From: an uncultured Candidatus Poseidoniales archaeon
GTDB taxonomy: Archaea; Thermoplasmatota; Poseidoniia; Poseidoniales; Poseidoniaceae
NCBI GenBank assembly: GCA_902625885.1
Contig: CACODE010000006.1
Location: forward strand, 8,729 to 72,728
Length of the DNA: 64,000 bases
Direction of reading: 5' to 3'
Part shown: one piece after another, positions 1-9,145 of the stretch
Position numbering within the stretch: the stretch's first letter is position 1
Layout of the letters: the number at the start of each line of letters is the position of its first letter
Position numbers and translations under genes: made by a program
The notes under the pieces: model-generated
The model's input: only the letters and a program-made list of their open reading frames with translations
Databases searched by the model: none
Told to the model about the DNA's origin: nothing

Positions 1-2
1 GC

Positions 3-353
3 GGTATCGAGGTCTCCAAGGAAAAACTCAACGAAGAAGCACGGCACCACTACCACGAAGAAATCGTTCGAGAGGTTCGCAAACTTTGCAACTACCTCCC
101 CGACGATGCGCCACGCCTTTACGTTCCTCACGAGAACTTCAACCGAGAAATTGGCACCTACAAGCGCCAACGCTACACGGTTGAGGGAACGCTGTTTGAA
201 GGCTCGGATGACGAGTGGAACCAGTACATCGAAACGCACCTGCCCACCAAGCAAGATGAAGAAGACCTCAAGGAGTACTTCAAGCAACAGTGGGTTGCAG
301 AAAAGCCCATGACGGCAAAGCAGATCGCTTCCGGCATCGGTGCAGGCGCCTGA
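3..353 (+). CDS. hypothetical protein, C-terminal fragment (5' end outside window)
   Basis: Frame 3 is open from the window edge to TGA at 351-353 (...GIEVSKEKLNEEARHHYHEEIVREV...QIASGIGAGA*). It is absent from the ORF track only because no start lies inside the window. The next gene starts 18 nt downstream. No family motif recognised. Confidence 0.4.
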   Translation, partial: GIEVSKEKLNEEARHHYHEEIVREVRKLCNYLPDDAPRLYVPHENFNREIGTYKRQRYTVEGTLFEGSDDEWNQYIETHLPTKQDEEDLKEYFKQQWVAEKPMTAKQIASGIGAGA

Positions 354-371
354 TACCGAGGTGGATTCAAC

Positions 372-908
372 ATGATTCCCGTTGCCCTGTACGGCGTTGA
401 CGCCGAAATGTGTGAACGCTTTTTTGAAGACCTGCCCAAGTTGGTCACGGATGCGTACGAAGACCGTCCGTACCTTGAATCGCTTTACGCCGTTCAAGCT
501 GAACAATCCATTGAACACGTGAGCATCGCTGACGACTGGTCAAACCGAACACCGTTCGCATGGCCTGAGGACATTGTCAACGAGATCGAAATGGTCCTAC
601 GCACCACAAATTATCCGGACGTTTCCCTGCTTGAGCACCTCATGACGCTCGACGGCGTGGACGCCCAGCGAATTTCCGAGTGGATGCACTTTTCCACCAA
701 CCTTTTCCCGATCTACTCAGAAAAGGCGTGCGAAACACTCCAAAAAATGGGCCTTGAAACCCCTTACAAACCCGACGACATCGCCAGTTATGGCCTCTAT
801 GTCAACCGCATAGAGGGGCTCAAAACGCACGCCCCTGCCGCCGGCCTACCGGAGATTGGACTTCCTCGAACCAGAATGCTTCAGCTTGGCCTGGAGCGAT
901 TTGAATGA
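372..908 (+). CDS. hypothetical cytoplasmic protein (178 aa)
   Basis: ATG at 372. Acidic, with no hydrophobic helices. Its stop overlaps the next start (ATGA at 905-908), suggesting co-expression with the DMT transporter gene. No family recognised. Confidence 0.5.
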   Translation: MIPVALYGVDAEMCERFFEDLPKLVTDAYEDRPYLESLYAVQAEQSIEHVSIADDWSNRTPFAWPEDIVNEIEMVLRTTNYPDVSLLEHLMTLDGVDAQRISEWMHFSTNLFPIYSEKACETLQKMGLETPYKPDDIASYGLYVNRIEGLKTHAPAAGLPEIGLPRTRMLQLGLERFE

Positions 909-1816
909 AACATTCTGCAACACACGCCAAACTGCTTGTTGTTGTGGTGATTTGGGGGCTTGGATGGGTCGCCGGGGTTGTCGTTTCGAACGAAGAAACG
1001 GGAATACCTCCGTTTGCCGCAGGTTGGGCACGGTACGTCCTTGCCATCGCTTGTTTCCTCACCTTTCTGAAGATTACAAATCAATGGATTTTACCGAACA
1101 GAGACCAGTGGAAAATCATCTTCATGATGGGGTTCTTGTCCACGTTCCTGTATCAGGCCTTCTTCATGTACGGAATGCGCTACACGGCAGCGGGTGATGC
1201 ATCACTCATGATCACCTTCAACCCCCTCTTCACAACATTGCTCGCCATTCCATTCTTGGGAGAGAAGTTCAACAAACGCATAGGAATCGGCCTCTTTCTC
1301 GCCATGTCGGGCGTCGGAATTTTGGCACTTTACTCTCCAAATCAAAACATTCCTCTCAACCGCAGAGTGCTTGGTGACGCACTCATCGCCTTGTCTGCAC
1401 TGTCTTGGGCTTTCAACACGATTCTGATGAAGAAGGCAATGACGGGTGAAGCTGCGATGTCTCCACTGCACCTCACCGTATGGTCAAGTGTCGCAGGATT
1501 GCTGATTCAAACGCCAGCCACCATCTGGGAATACACACGATTGGGGCTCCCTACCAATGCAAGCGGGGAGGCGTGGTTATGGTTGGCCTTCCTCTCGGTC
1601 TTCTCAACCGTGCTGAGTTATGTATGGTTTGCAGATGGTGTAAGGAAGATAGGTGCAGGCAGAGCATCGTTTTACGTATACCTTGTTCCGGTCTTTGGAA
1701 TCCTGAGTGGTATATTGCTTCTTGATGAGAAATTAGGCGTATCGATTGTAGCGTCCTTCTTTCTTATCGTAGGAGGGGTTTACTTGGCCCAAACGAAGCA
1801 ATCGTCATCAACCTAA
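905..1816 (+). CDS. EamA/DMT-superfamily transporter
   Basis: 303 aa with about 10 hydrophobic helices in two similar halves (VVVIWGLGWVAG...; ...ALSALSWAFNTILMKKA...), as expected for duplicated EamA domains. ATGA overlap with the upstream ORF. Confidence 0.75.
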   Translation: MKHSATHAKLLVVVVIWGLGWVAGVVVSNEETGIPPFAAGWARYVLAIACFLTFLKITNQWILPNRDQWKIIFMMGFLSTFLYQAFFMYGMRYTAAGDASLMITFNPLFTTLLAIPFLGEKFNKRIGIGLFLAMSGVGILALYSPNQNIPLNRRVLGDALIALSALSWAFNTILMKKAMTGEAAMSPLHLTVWSSVAGLLIQTPATIWEYTRLGLPTNASGEAWLWLAFLSVFSTVLSYVWFADGVRKIGAGRASFYVYLVPVFGILSGILLLDEKLGVSIVASFFLIVGGVYLAQTKQSSST

Positions 1817-1833
1817 GCCCGGTACACCGTACC

Positions 1834-2721
1834 ATGCGAATCACGACTGTTGCTGTCATCGGCGCCGGAACGATGGGTGCAGGTATCGCACAAGTGTGCG
1901 CCCAAGCGGGATGGAAAACCAACCTCTACGACGCTTTTCCAGAAGGCCTTGAACGAGGCATGGAACGCATCACCTCTTTTTGGGAAAAGGGCATCGCTCG
2001 GGGAAAAACCACAGAAGGCCAGAAAAAGGCGTGGTCAGCAAACCTTCACCCTGTAAGCGATCTAAAGGAGGCGGTGACTGAAGCGGACCTCGTGATAGAA
2101 GCCGTTCCCGAGATTCCAGAACTCAAGCACAACATCTTTGCAGAAATTGACCAGCATGCGCCAAAGCACGCCGTCTTGGGCAGCAACACGTCCTCTCTTT
2201 CCATTGCCGATATCGCCTCTGCAACCTCTCGTCCTGAAAACGTCATTGGCATGCATTTCTTCAACCCCGTGCCGATCATGAAACTGCTTGAGTTGGTACA
2301 GCACGAAACGTGTTCAAGCTCCACAGTGGCTCTTGCCGAGGCAGCGGGTGCTGCCATGGGCAAAACAACCATCCTTGTTCGTGATGTACCCGGTTTCGCC
2401 ACGAGCCGCCTCGGTGTGGTCCTCGGCAACGAAGCAATTCGAATGCTGGCTGACGGTGTGGCCAGCGCAAAGGACATCGATACCGCCATGGTGTTGGGTT
2501 ACAAACACCCAATGGGACCGTTGGCCTTGAGCGACCTGGTCGGCCTTGATGTTCGTCGCGACATTTTGCTCAACCTGCAAGTCTCGTTCAACGACGACAG
2601 GTACGCGCCGCATCCACTGCTTGAGCAGCTCGTCAGCGAAGGCCGCCTCGGAAAAAAAACCGGGAAAGGCGTCTACGACTGGTCAAGCGGGCAGCCCGAA
2701 GAAACCGACACCGGTTTTTGA
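1834..2721 (+). CDS. hbd: 3-hydroxyacyl-CoA / 3-hydroxybutyryl-CoA dehydrogenase
   Basis: N-terminal Rossmann motif VAVIGAGTMGAGIAQV, the blocks NTSSLSI and GMHFFNPVPIMKLLELV, and a C-terminal dimerisation block GYKHPMGPLALSDLVGLD. These are typical of the 3-hydroxyacyl-CoA dehydrogenase family. Confidence 0.85.
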   Translation: MRITTVAVIGAGTMGAGIAQVCAQAGWKTNLYDAFPEGLERGMERITSFWEKGIARGKTTEGQKKAWSANLHPVSDLKEAVTEADLVIEAVPEIPELKHNIFAEIDQHAPKHAVLGSNTSSLSIADIASATSRPENVIGMHFFNPVPIMKLLELVQHETCSSSTVALAEAAGAAMGKTTILVRDVPGFATSRLGVVLGNEAIRMLADGVASAKDIDTAMVLGYKHPMGPLALSDLVGLDVRRDILLNLQVSFNDDRYAPHPLLEQLVSEGRLGKKTGKGVYDWSSGQPEETDTGF

Positions 2722-2760
2722 GGCGACAAGCGTCAAATACACCCGGTCGCATGTGCAGGC

Positions 2761-3672
2761 ATGAACGATACTGACGAAAGTCCATGGGGCAACATCAAAC
2801 CTGACCCGTCTCCTGAAGGGGCCGAGCGATTGGACGGCGATCAAGCCGAAGACGGCATGAGTGGCGAAACAATCGTCCAAGCGGAGCCAGAAACCGCACA
2901 ACCCGATGCTTCGCAGTTTACACAACCGGGCTTTCAAGTCCCGGCAACGGGGCAAACCATCACGACGGGAGATGAAAAGAAAGGCGTGAAGATTCCGATG
3001 GTCATTGCCGCAGTTCTTGTCGCAGTTGGTTTGGTGGCGTTCGTGGTCGGTGCGGCCCTCGGTGCTTCAATTGAAGAAAAGTTTGAGGCCCTGTCAACCG
3101 AACCGTACACCGAGTTTGTTGGCGAAAACGCGACGCTCGTTTACGATGACGCCGACGACAAGGGCGAAGCGGGCTGGTACCTCCTAATTCCCGGCGATCC
3201 GAAAGCCGACGCCAACGAGAACGGCGTGATGGACGCGTGTGAAAACGTGAACATCAGGGTCGTTGACCAAAGGGGTGAAGACGCCAGTGAGCGGGCTGCA
3301 AGAATCTCATGCTCAACGAGCATGGACAAAGGTTCGAACGCTGGTGAGGAATATTACGACATCAAGGACCACATCATCGTGGCGAAGATTTGCCAAACAC
3401 TCCCCGATGAAAACGGGTTTGCAGAGCACCGCTGCGATGTGGATGAACAATTCACCATCACCAACGATGCCGGCATCAACATGTCCGTCGTTGACCTCGA
3501 TGAAATGTTGATTCCGTTTGTTGAAGAAACGGTGGCCACCGGCATCGCCAGCGGAGGGTCGTTCCTTGCCGGGTGCTGTTCGCTCTGCGGTGGCATCATC
3601 GCCCTCGTTGTCGGGCTCATGCGCCTGGGTGGCGGCAAGCCAGAACAGCAAGTTCAGTTCGTCATCAACTGA
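2761..3672 (+). CDS. hypothetical membrane protein with acidic N-terminus and Cys-containing extracytoplasmic domain
   Basis: 303 aa. The N-terminal 75 aa are acidic and disordered-looking. One TM helix follows (IPMVIAAVLVAVGLVAFVVGAALG), then a roughly 190-aa D/E-rich domain with several Cys, then a C-terminal TM (CCSLCGGIIALVVGLM). No family recognised. Confidence 0.5.
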   Translation: MNDTDESPWGNIKPDPSPEGAERLDGDQAEDGMSGETIVQAEPETAQPDASQFTQPGFQVPATGQTITTGDEKKGVKIPMVIAAVLVAVGLVAFVVGAALGASIEEKFEALSTEPYTEFVGENATLVYDDADDKGEAGWYLLIPGDPKADANENGVMDACENVNIRVVDQRGEDASERAARISCSTSMDKGSNAGEEYYDIKDHIIVAKICQTLPDENGFAEHRCDVDEQFTITNDAGINMSVVDLDEMLIPFVEETVATGIASGGSFLAGCCSLCGGIIALVVGLMRLGGGKPEQQVQFVIN

Positions 3673-3673
3673 G

Positions 3674-4453
3674 TCAATCAAACGAAGGTGCCCTCTTCTC
3701 CAGGAAAGCAGCAACGCCCTCCACAAACGCATCCGTGGTGCCCGCAGCCTCAATCAACGTCCGCTCGTGGTCAAGGTGCGTTGAAAATTCGTTGTCGGTT
3801 TGAACGTGAAGCAGGTGTTTAGTCGCCTCTTTGGTGTGAGGCCCCCAAGAAGACCACATGACGGCAAGCCCTTTTGCCGTGTCCATCAGTGAAGAGGGTT
3901 CCACAAGAACATCAATCGCCCCATAGGCATGGGCTTCTTCTCCAGACCAAATTTCGTTGCCCATGAAAAAGCGACGGGCGCGTTGCTCGCCCACGAGTCG
4001 GGGAAGAAGCCATGTCGTACCGCCGTCGGGCGAAAGGCCCATGCCCGCATAAGAGGCCGCCATGCGAGCATCGCTGGTGCCAACCCGAGCGTCGCAGGCC
4101 AGAGCCAAGCCGAGACCACCACCTGCCGACACGCCGTTCAGTGCCGCAACAACGATGGTAGAGGACGTTCGAATACGTTGAAGCAACGGGTGAAGAACAC
4201 CGGTCAGGTTGCGTATCAACTCGGGCGCCGAGTTGTTGTCAATCGCCTTCTGAAACGCATGGATGTCGGCACCCGCAGAGAAAAACCTCCCTTCGCCGGT
4301 AAGGACAATCGCCTTGATGGATTCGTCCTTCAAGGCGTTATCGATCGCTTCGGCAATGCTGGGAAGAAAAGCCATCGAGAACGATTGCGTGGACGTTTTG
4401 CCCGCCATTTTTATGACGCAAACAGCGCCATCGAATTCGGTTTCAATCCCCAT
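3674..4453 (-). CDS. enoyl-CoA hydratase/isomerase (crotonase) family protein
   Basis: Crotonase blocks VLTGEGRFFSAGADIHAF and VVAALNGVSAGGGLGLALACD. The ORF-track start at 4459 is TTG, so I moved the start to the first ATG (4453, MGIETEF...). Confidence 0.8.
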   Translation of the reverse strand: MGIETEFDGAVCVIKMAGKTSTQSFSMAFLPSIAEAIDNALKDESIKAIVLTGEGRFFSAGADIHAFQKAIDNNSAPELIRNLTGVLHPLLQRIRTSSTIVVAALNGVSAGGGLGLALACDARVGTSDARMAASYAGMGLSPDGGTTWLLPRLVGEQRARRFFMGNEIWSGEEAHAYGAIDVLVEPSSLMDTAKGLAVMWSSWGPHTKEATKHLLHVQTDNEFSTHLDHERTLIEAAGTTDAFVEGVAAFLEKRAPSFD

Positions 4454-4462
4454 GTTCAAGCC

Positions 4463-5899
4463 TCACAGTTTGACGTTGACGTTCTTGACTTTTGTGTAAA
4501 AACGGAGAGCGTCCTGACTCTGCTCGATGCCAATTCCCGAATGCTTCCACCCGGTAAAGGCCGTCTGCGGGAACGTGATGGGGTATTCGTTGATGGAGAC
4601 CATGCCGCACTCCAAATCTCTGGCGAAGGTGTGAGCGCGCTTCAGGTCCCTGGTCCATACGCCGTTGAGAAGACCAAACGGTGTGTCGTTGGCCAAGGAA
4701 AGGGCCTCTTCGTCGGAAGCAAACGAGGTCACCGAGAGCACAGGGCCGAACAACTCGTCTTGGAACAACAGATGGGACGCCTCGACGCCCGTTACAACGG
4801 TGGCTTGCATGAAGGCACCGTCGCCCTCCACGGCGCTACCACCAAGCTTCAACGAGCCGCCTTGCTTGAGTCCCGCTTCGAGTTTTTCCAAGACCTCAGC
4901 TCGGTGCCGCTCGTGGACAAGGCTGCCGATTCGCACGCCCTCTTCCATGCCAGGTCCAACCTTCCATTTGCCAACCTCGGCACAGACGGCTTCAACCAGC
5001 TCATCGTGAACGTCTTCATGAACAAGCAATCGAGAACCTGCCCAACACATCTGCCCGGCGTTCATGAAAATCCCAAAACAAATGGCTTTGGCTGCATAAC
5101 GAAGGTCGGCATCTGGGAAGACGATGTTGGCGCCTTTGCCCCCCAACTCCAAGGTGACGGGGGTCAACTGTTCGCTGGCTTTGGCCATGACGGCTTGACC
5201 CGTCGGCACGCCTCCGGTCAACACCACGCCGTCCACGCCGCTGTGGCCGGCCAGCGCATTGCCTGCCAGCGACCCCGAACCGGTCAAAATCTGCAAAACG
5301 CCGCTCGGCAAACCGGTGTTGCCCTCATCGATGGCCTTCCCCCACGCTAGAAGGGAGAGCGGGGTCCATGACGCAGGCTTCGCAATCACGGTACAGCCGG
5401 CGGCCAGCGCTGGCGCAATGGAACGAAGCGCCAGTTGGAGCGGGAAATTCCACGGCACAATGTGCGCCGTCACGCCAAGAGGTTGACGAAGCGTGTAGTT
5501 CAATCGAGATCCCGGTACTGGAATGGTGGTGCCTTCTATTTTGTCCGTGAGGCCGGCGAAATATTCCAGTGTCCACGCGCCGTATCGGATTTCTGAAAGG
5601 GCCTCGCGGAACGTTTTGCCGTTGTTCGATGATTCAATGACGGCCAGTTCCTTGGCCTTCTCGTAGGTGACGGCCGCCATTTTGTTGAGAACGCGACCGC
5701 GCTGTGCGGGGTCCATCTTCTTCCATTCTGCACCCTGAAGCGCTTTACGGGAGGCCTCAACACAACGGTCGACGTCACCAACGGTCGCTTTTGGAACCGC
5801 TGCCATGACCTCGCCGGTTGCAGGGTTCATCGCTTCACTGGTTTCGCCGTTTTCTGCTGCGCACCACTCGCCATCAATCCACATCCGTTCTTCGGCCAT
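4463..5899 (-). CDS. NAD(P)+-dependent aldehyde dehydrogenase
   Basis: ALDH family blocks FPLQLALRSIAPALAAGCTVIAKP, the glutamate-site motif LELGGKGANIVF and the catalytic-Cys block FMNAGQMCWAGSRLLV. Start moved to ATG 5899 (MAEERMWIDGEW), which has a GGAGGA SD 4 nt upstream. Confidence 0.85.
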   Translation of the reverse strand: MAEERMWIDGEWCAAENGETSEAMNPATGEVMAAVPKATVGDVDRCVEASRKALQGAEWKKMDPAQRGRVLNKMAAVTYEKAKELAVIESSNNGKTFREALSEIRYGAWTLEYFAGLTDKIEGTTIPVPGSRLNYTLRQPLGVTAHIVPWNFPLQLALRSIAPALAAGCTVIAKPASWTPLSLLAWGKAIDEGNTGLPSGVLQILTGSGSLAGNALAGHSGVDGVVLTGGVPTGQAVMAKASEQLTPVTLELGGKGANIVFPDADLRYAAKAICFGIFMNAGQMCWAGSRLLVHEDVHDELVEAVCAEVGKWKVGPGMEEGVRIGSLVHERHRAEVLEKLEAGLKQGGSLKLGGSAVEGDGAFMQATVVTGVEASHLLFQDELFGPVLSVTSFASDEEALSLANDTPFGLLNGVWTRDLKRAHTFARDLECGMVSINEYPITFPQTAFTGWKHSGIGIEQSQDALRFYTKVKNVNVKL

Positions 5900-6017
5900 A
5901 ATTCCTCCAGCGCAGAACGCTTCAAAGGGGCATCGGTGGGTTGTTTCGGAGAAAAACCGGGAGCCTTGCACCGAGAGAGGACAGAAGCCTCATGTGCTCA
6001 GGTCGCCTCCTCAGTCC

Positions 6018-6680
6018 ATGGCAAGGCGTGTCGGGATAGCGCAACGCACAGCGCAAACCATCTCCACGCGTCCACCTCGATTGCTCATCATTGCGGGAGC
6101 CACGGGTGTGGGCAAATCCACAGCGGCCGTCGGTGTGGCCCAGCGCGCAGGTTTCACTCGAGTGATGTCCACCGACGCCATACGAGAAATCATGCGCGCC
6201 ACCGACAAAGAAGGGCTGCACGAGGCCCTTCACCGGTCTTCGTTTTCACGCGGCAGCAGCGGCGAGCCGGTGTTGGACTGGAACGAAACATGCCTGGCGG
6301 TTGATGCCGGTGTTTCGGCCACCATTGAACGGGCCCGGCGCGAAGGCATCGACCTCCTGCTCGAGGGTGTGCACATCGTTCCAAGCGCAAGATTGCTGAA
6401 AGCATGGGAGAACGCTGGCGGTGTTGCATTGGGCATCGTGATGGTGGTGGACGAAGAACGGGCTCACGAAAACATGCTCAAATCAAGAGACGCCCACTCC
6501 TACCGTCGCTCTGCTCGATACCTTGCTGGCTTCCAGCGCATACGAGCGATTCAAGAGGGCTTCATTGAGCGAGCAAAAATCGCCAACTGGCCCATCGTCG
6601 ACCCGATGCGTGTTGACAACGATGTTGAACGCATTTTCACGCTTCTCAACCGGGCCGTTGATGCCCATCATGAGGATTGA
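6018..6680 (+). CDS. P-loop kinase, 2-phosphoglycerate kinase-like (COG2074-type)
   Basis: LLIIAGATGVGKSTAAVGVAQRAGFTRVMSTDAIREIMR matches the Walker A plus (S/G)TD.IRE block of archaeal 2-phosphoglycerate kinase-like proteins. Start moved to ATG 6018. The 3' end overlaps the convergent pilin-like gene by 13 nt. Confidence 0.5.
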   Translation: MARRVGIAQRTAQTISTRPPRLLIIAGATGVGKSTAAVGVAQRAGFTRVMSTDAIREIMRATDKEGLHEALHRSSFSRGSSGEPVLDWNETCLAVDAGVSATIERARREGIDLLLEGVHIVPSARLLKAWENAGGVALGIVMVVDEERAHENMLKSRDAHSYRRSARYLAGFQRIRAIQEGFIERAKIANWPIVDPMRVDNDVERIFTLLNRAVDAHHED

Positions 6681-7114
6681 ACATTCAACGTGAAGGCGAC
6701 GTCGTACGTCAACATCGCTTCGCCGTCCGAAACACCCAATTCTGCCACGACCTGGATGGTGCTGGCATCAATTTCTGACAGCACGATATCGGTCAGTTTG
6801 ATTTCCACCCCGCGAATTTCTCCATGATGCAGCAAATCATCGTGGACGGTGTCAATGCCGAGTTGAGCGGCTTCCATCGGGGCCAAACCGCTGTCCATCC
6901 AAAGGTCCATTCGCGCTTGTGAAAGGGGTTGAACGACCTCCAGAACCTGACCCGTGGTGTCAATAACATCGTCCGATGCCGCTTCATGTGGAAGGGTTAA
7001 TCCGGCCACTTTGACACCAAAGATGGCCATGGACAGGAGGGACATGAGCAGCACCACACCGGTGGCGAGCAACATCTGCGCACCGTTCGATGACGTCAAT
7101 GTTGTTGGACGCAT
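6668..7114 (-). CDS. pilin-like / FlaF-FlaG-like small protein with N-terminal hydrophobic helix
   Basis: 148 aa from ATG 7114. The N-terminus MRPTTLTSSNGAQMLLATGVVLLMSLLSMAIF resembles a class III (type IV pilin) signal peptide. A GAGGAGG SD lies 9 nt upstream, and the start is coupled to the previous stop by a TGATG overlap at 7112-7116. It is the last gene of the pilus-like operon. Confidence 0.45.
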   Translation of the reverse strand: MRPTTLTSSNGAQMLLATGVVLLMSLLSMAIFGVKVAGLTLPHEAASDDVIDTTGQVLEVVQPLSQARMDLWMDSGLAPMEAAQLGIDTVHDDLLHHGEIRGVEIKLTDIVLSEIDASTIQVVAELGVSDGEAMLTYDVAFTLNVQSS

Positions 7115-7554
7115 CAAGCCCCGCCTCCTCTTGCCCAAACATCGAGCGTGACCGTCCATGCGTAAGGTCCGATGACCACGAGGTGATGCACAGCGACGGT
7201 GCCTCCCGAAGGCGTACCCACCGTGCCGTGCGGGGTCGCCACGGAACTGTCTTTGGCCAGCCAGCAGTTGGCTTCCTTGCCGGGGGCTATCGCCGACTGG
7301 AGAAGCGTGCAAGCCTCTTCGCGTTCGTCGGTGGCGAGCAGTTCTTCCAAGCGACTGTCGCCTTCAATCTCGGCCTCCAAGCCAAGGCCGTAGCGGATGG
7401 CATCGTCCGCCGCCATTTCCAGAGACGAGTCCAAAGCAACGGAGGAGGAATCGGGCACGTGAACCCGAATGAGGAACGTGGCGGACATGAAGAAGAGCCA
7501 AAACAGCGTCAGCATTTCCAAAATGTGGATCTGTGCCTCTTCGTCTCGACGCAC
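7114..7554 (-). CDS. type IV pilin-like protein (class III signal peptide candidate)
   Basis: 146 aa with a GTG start at 7554 and a GGAGGA SD 7 nt upstream. The N-terminus (M)RRDEEAQIHILEMLTLFWLFFMSATFLI fits the archaeal prepilin pattern: a charged residue at -2, A at -1, Q at +1, then a hydrophobic helix. Confidence 0.5.
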   Translation of the reverse strand: MRRDEEAQIHILEMLTLFWLFFMSATFLIRVHVPDSSSVALDSSLEMAADDAIRYGLGLEAEIEGDSRLEELLATDEREEACTLLQSAIAPGKEANCWLAKDSSVATPHGTVGTPSGGTVAVHHLVVIGPYAWTVTLDVWARGGGA

Positions 7555-7558
7555 GTCG

Positions 7559-9133
7559 TTATCCTCCGTAGGAAAGGGGTGAGGGAATGAACGTTCCCGC
7601 GGACGGGTTTAATCCTGGCACTTCGGTAATGCCGATCAGGTCTGGAGAGAAGGCAACGAGGTTGAAAATCAACAGAGCGACAACGATCATCATCCCGGAG
7701 TGCTTGAAACCGGTTGAGAAACGCCCGGTGGCCATCAAACCCGCCATGGACCCGTTGCCAAGGGCTTGCATGGTGACACCATAGTAAAAAATGGTCAGGA
7801 AGAAGAGCGGGTCGATGTTGCGAATCGTCATGTTTCCAATCGTTTGACCGCCGCTGTCGCCCCCGCCTTCGCCGCCTGAGTTTGAACCCGCAATGGCGGG
7901 AATAAACACCTTGGCCAGAACGACAATAACACCGAGGAAAACGAAATACGACGTCCAAATGACGGCGATGTAAGAACCGATGGCGCGTTTGCGTTCACCT
8001 TCAAGGAACTTGATCTCTCGGGAGTCGTTGGCGGCCGTCACCAAAATATCGGAAATTTTTCCGCCGGCGCGGTCGGCCTCAGCGATGAGCGTGATGGCCC
8101 GGCGAACCAGCGGCGTACCGACGCGCTCCGCAAACTGACCGATGACGTCGGAGAATTTGACGCCCCAACTCAGCTGGTCCGACATTTTCTTGACTTCGTC
8201 ATTAAGGGCCCCGTATTCCGAGGTCGCCAACGTTTGGACGGCCACCGTCATCGACAAACCACCCTTCCAGTATTCGGCAAGGTCTCGCAGGAAATCCGGG
8301 AATTTTTCCTCGATTTCGTTCTTGGCATCTTCCACCTTTTCCCAGTAGTATGAGGCGGGGTATAGGAAAAAGAAGAACGTCAGGCCAAAGAAATTCAAGA
8401 AAATGGTGGGGTGGACCTTGACGGGGCCGACATCGACCGCAGGACCCAGCCAAAGCGACTTGTTGTTCATGTTGGTGGGCACGCCGTCCTGATAGTGGAC
8501 CGTCATGTCAATGTTGACCTCCTGAAGCAACTGCCCTTCCTGTTTCGTCATGAAGATGAGTTCGTAACGGGTGTCGGGAGGTATGTTCACGATTTCCATT
8601 TGTTGAGGGCCGGCATTGGCCGTTTTGTTGTCGTCATCAATTACTTTTCCGTCCGCTGAACGAATGGCGACAGCGTATTCGTAATCGCCGGAGGCAACGA
8701 CGGAATAATTCAACCACAGCGGTTGCACGACAGCGGTGCCTCCGGTCGCCGATTCGGGCACGCCTGGCACGTCGAAATTCTTCCCACGTTTGGAAACCAT
8801 GGTCCACTGTTCGTCTTCCCAGGTGATACGATCGGGTTCGTCTTGGAGGATGGCGCAGGTTTGGTTGTGCGTGTACGTCGGCTTCTGGTTGGTCTGGAAG
8901 TATTCTCCCGTCGGGTTCCCCAGTTCGTCTTCGGCGGTAGCACCGCAGTAGAGGTTGGTGAACATCGGCTCACCGTTGGCGGTTGGAACAAACCCGGAAT
9001 TGGCGATCCAAAAGAGGCCGCTGCTGATGCCAAGAATGATGGAGAAAAAGAGGATGATGTACAAGCGTGTTAGGGTGTTGTCGTCTTTTGGTAGGTCCAA
9101 ATTGACGACGATTTTTTCTTTCTTCCGCGCCAC
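7559..9133 (-). CDS. type II/IV secretion system F-domain membrane protein (TadC/FlaJ C-half-like) with large extracytoplasmic insert
   Basis: 524 aa with a GTG start at 9133 and a GGGGGTGA SD 4 nt upstream. Architecture: a TM helix (residues ~22-44), a roughly 190-aa non-hydrophobic insert, a second TM, then a cytoplasmic helical T2SSF-like block (FPDFLRDLAEYWKGGLSMTVAVQTLA...VRRAITLIAEADRAGGKISDIL) followed by more TMs. Confidence 0.65.
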   Translation of the reverse strand: MARKKEKIVVNLDLPKDDNTLTRLYIILFFSIILGISSGLFWIANSGFVPTANGEPMFTNLYCGATAEDELGNPTGEYFQTNQKPTYTHNQTCAILQDEPDRITWEDEQWTMVSKRGKNFDVPGVPESATGGTAVVQPLWLNYSVVASGDYEYAVAIRSADGKVIDDDNKTANAGPQQMEIVNIPPDTRYELIFMTKQEGQLLQEVNIDMTVHYQDGVPTNMNNKSLWLGPAVDVGPVKVHPTIFLNFFGLTFFFFLYPASYYWEKVEDAKNEIEEKFPDFLRDLAEYWKGGLSMTVAVQTLATSEYGALNDEVKKMSDQLSWGVKFSDVIGQFAERVGTPLVRRAITLIAEADRAGGKISDILVTAANDSREIKFLEGERKRAIGSYIAVIWTSYFVFLGVIVVLAKVFIPAIAGSNSGGEGGGDSGGQTIGNMTIRNIDPLFFLTIFYYGVTMQALGNGSMAGLMATGRFSTGFKHSGMMIVVALLIFNLVAFSPDLIGITEVPGLNPSAGTFIPSPLSYGG

Positions 9134-9145
9134 GAACTCACCCCC

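Noticed and set aside
3929-5350. 473-aa plus-strand ORF, together with similar long antisense ORFs at 10655-11389, 21011-21907, 25928-26806, 35108-36145, 51204-52097, 52809-53567, 54328-55050 and 57278-58231
   Set aside because: Each lies antisense to a gene with strong family motifs (crotonase/ALDH, FlaI ATPase, PAP2, surface protein, DnaK and so on). Their translations are R/G/A/H-rich and low-complexity, with no recognisable motifs. Long antisense ORFs of this kind are expected in GC-rich coding DNA.
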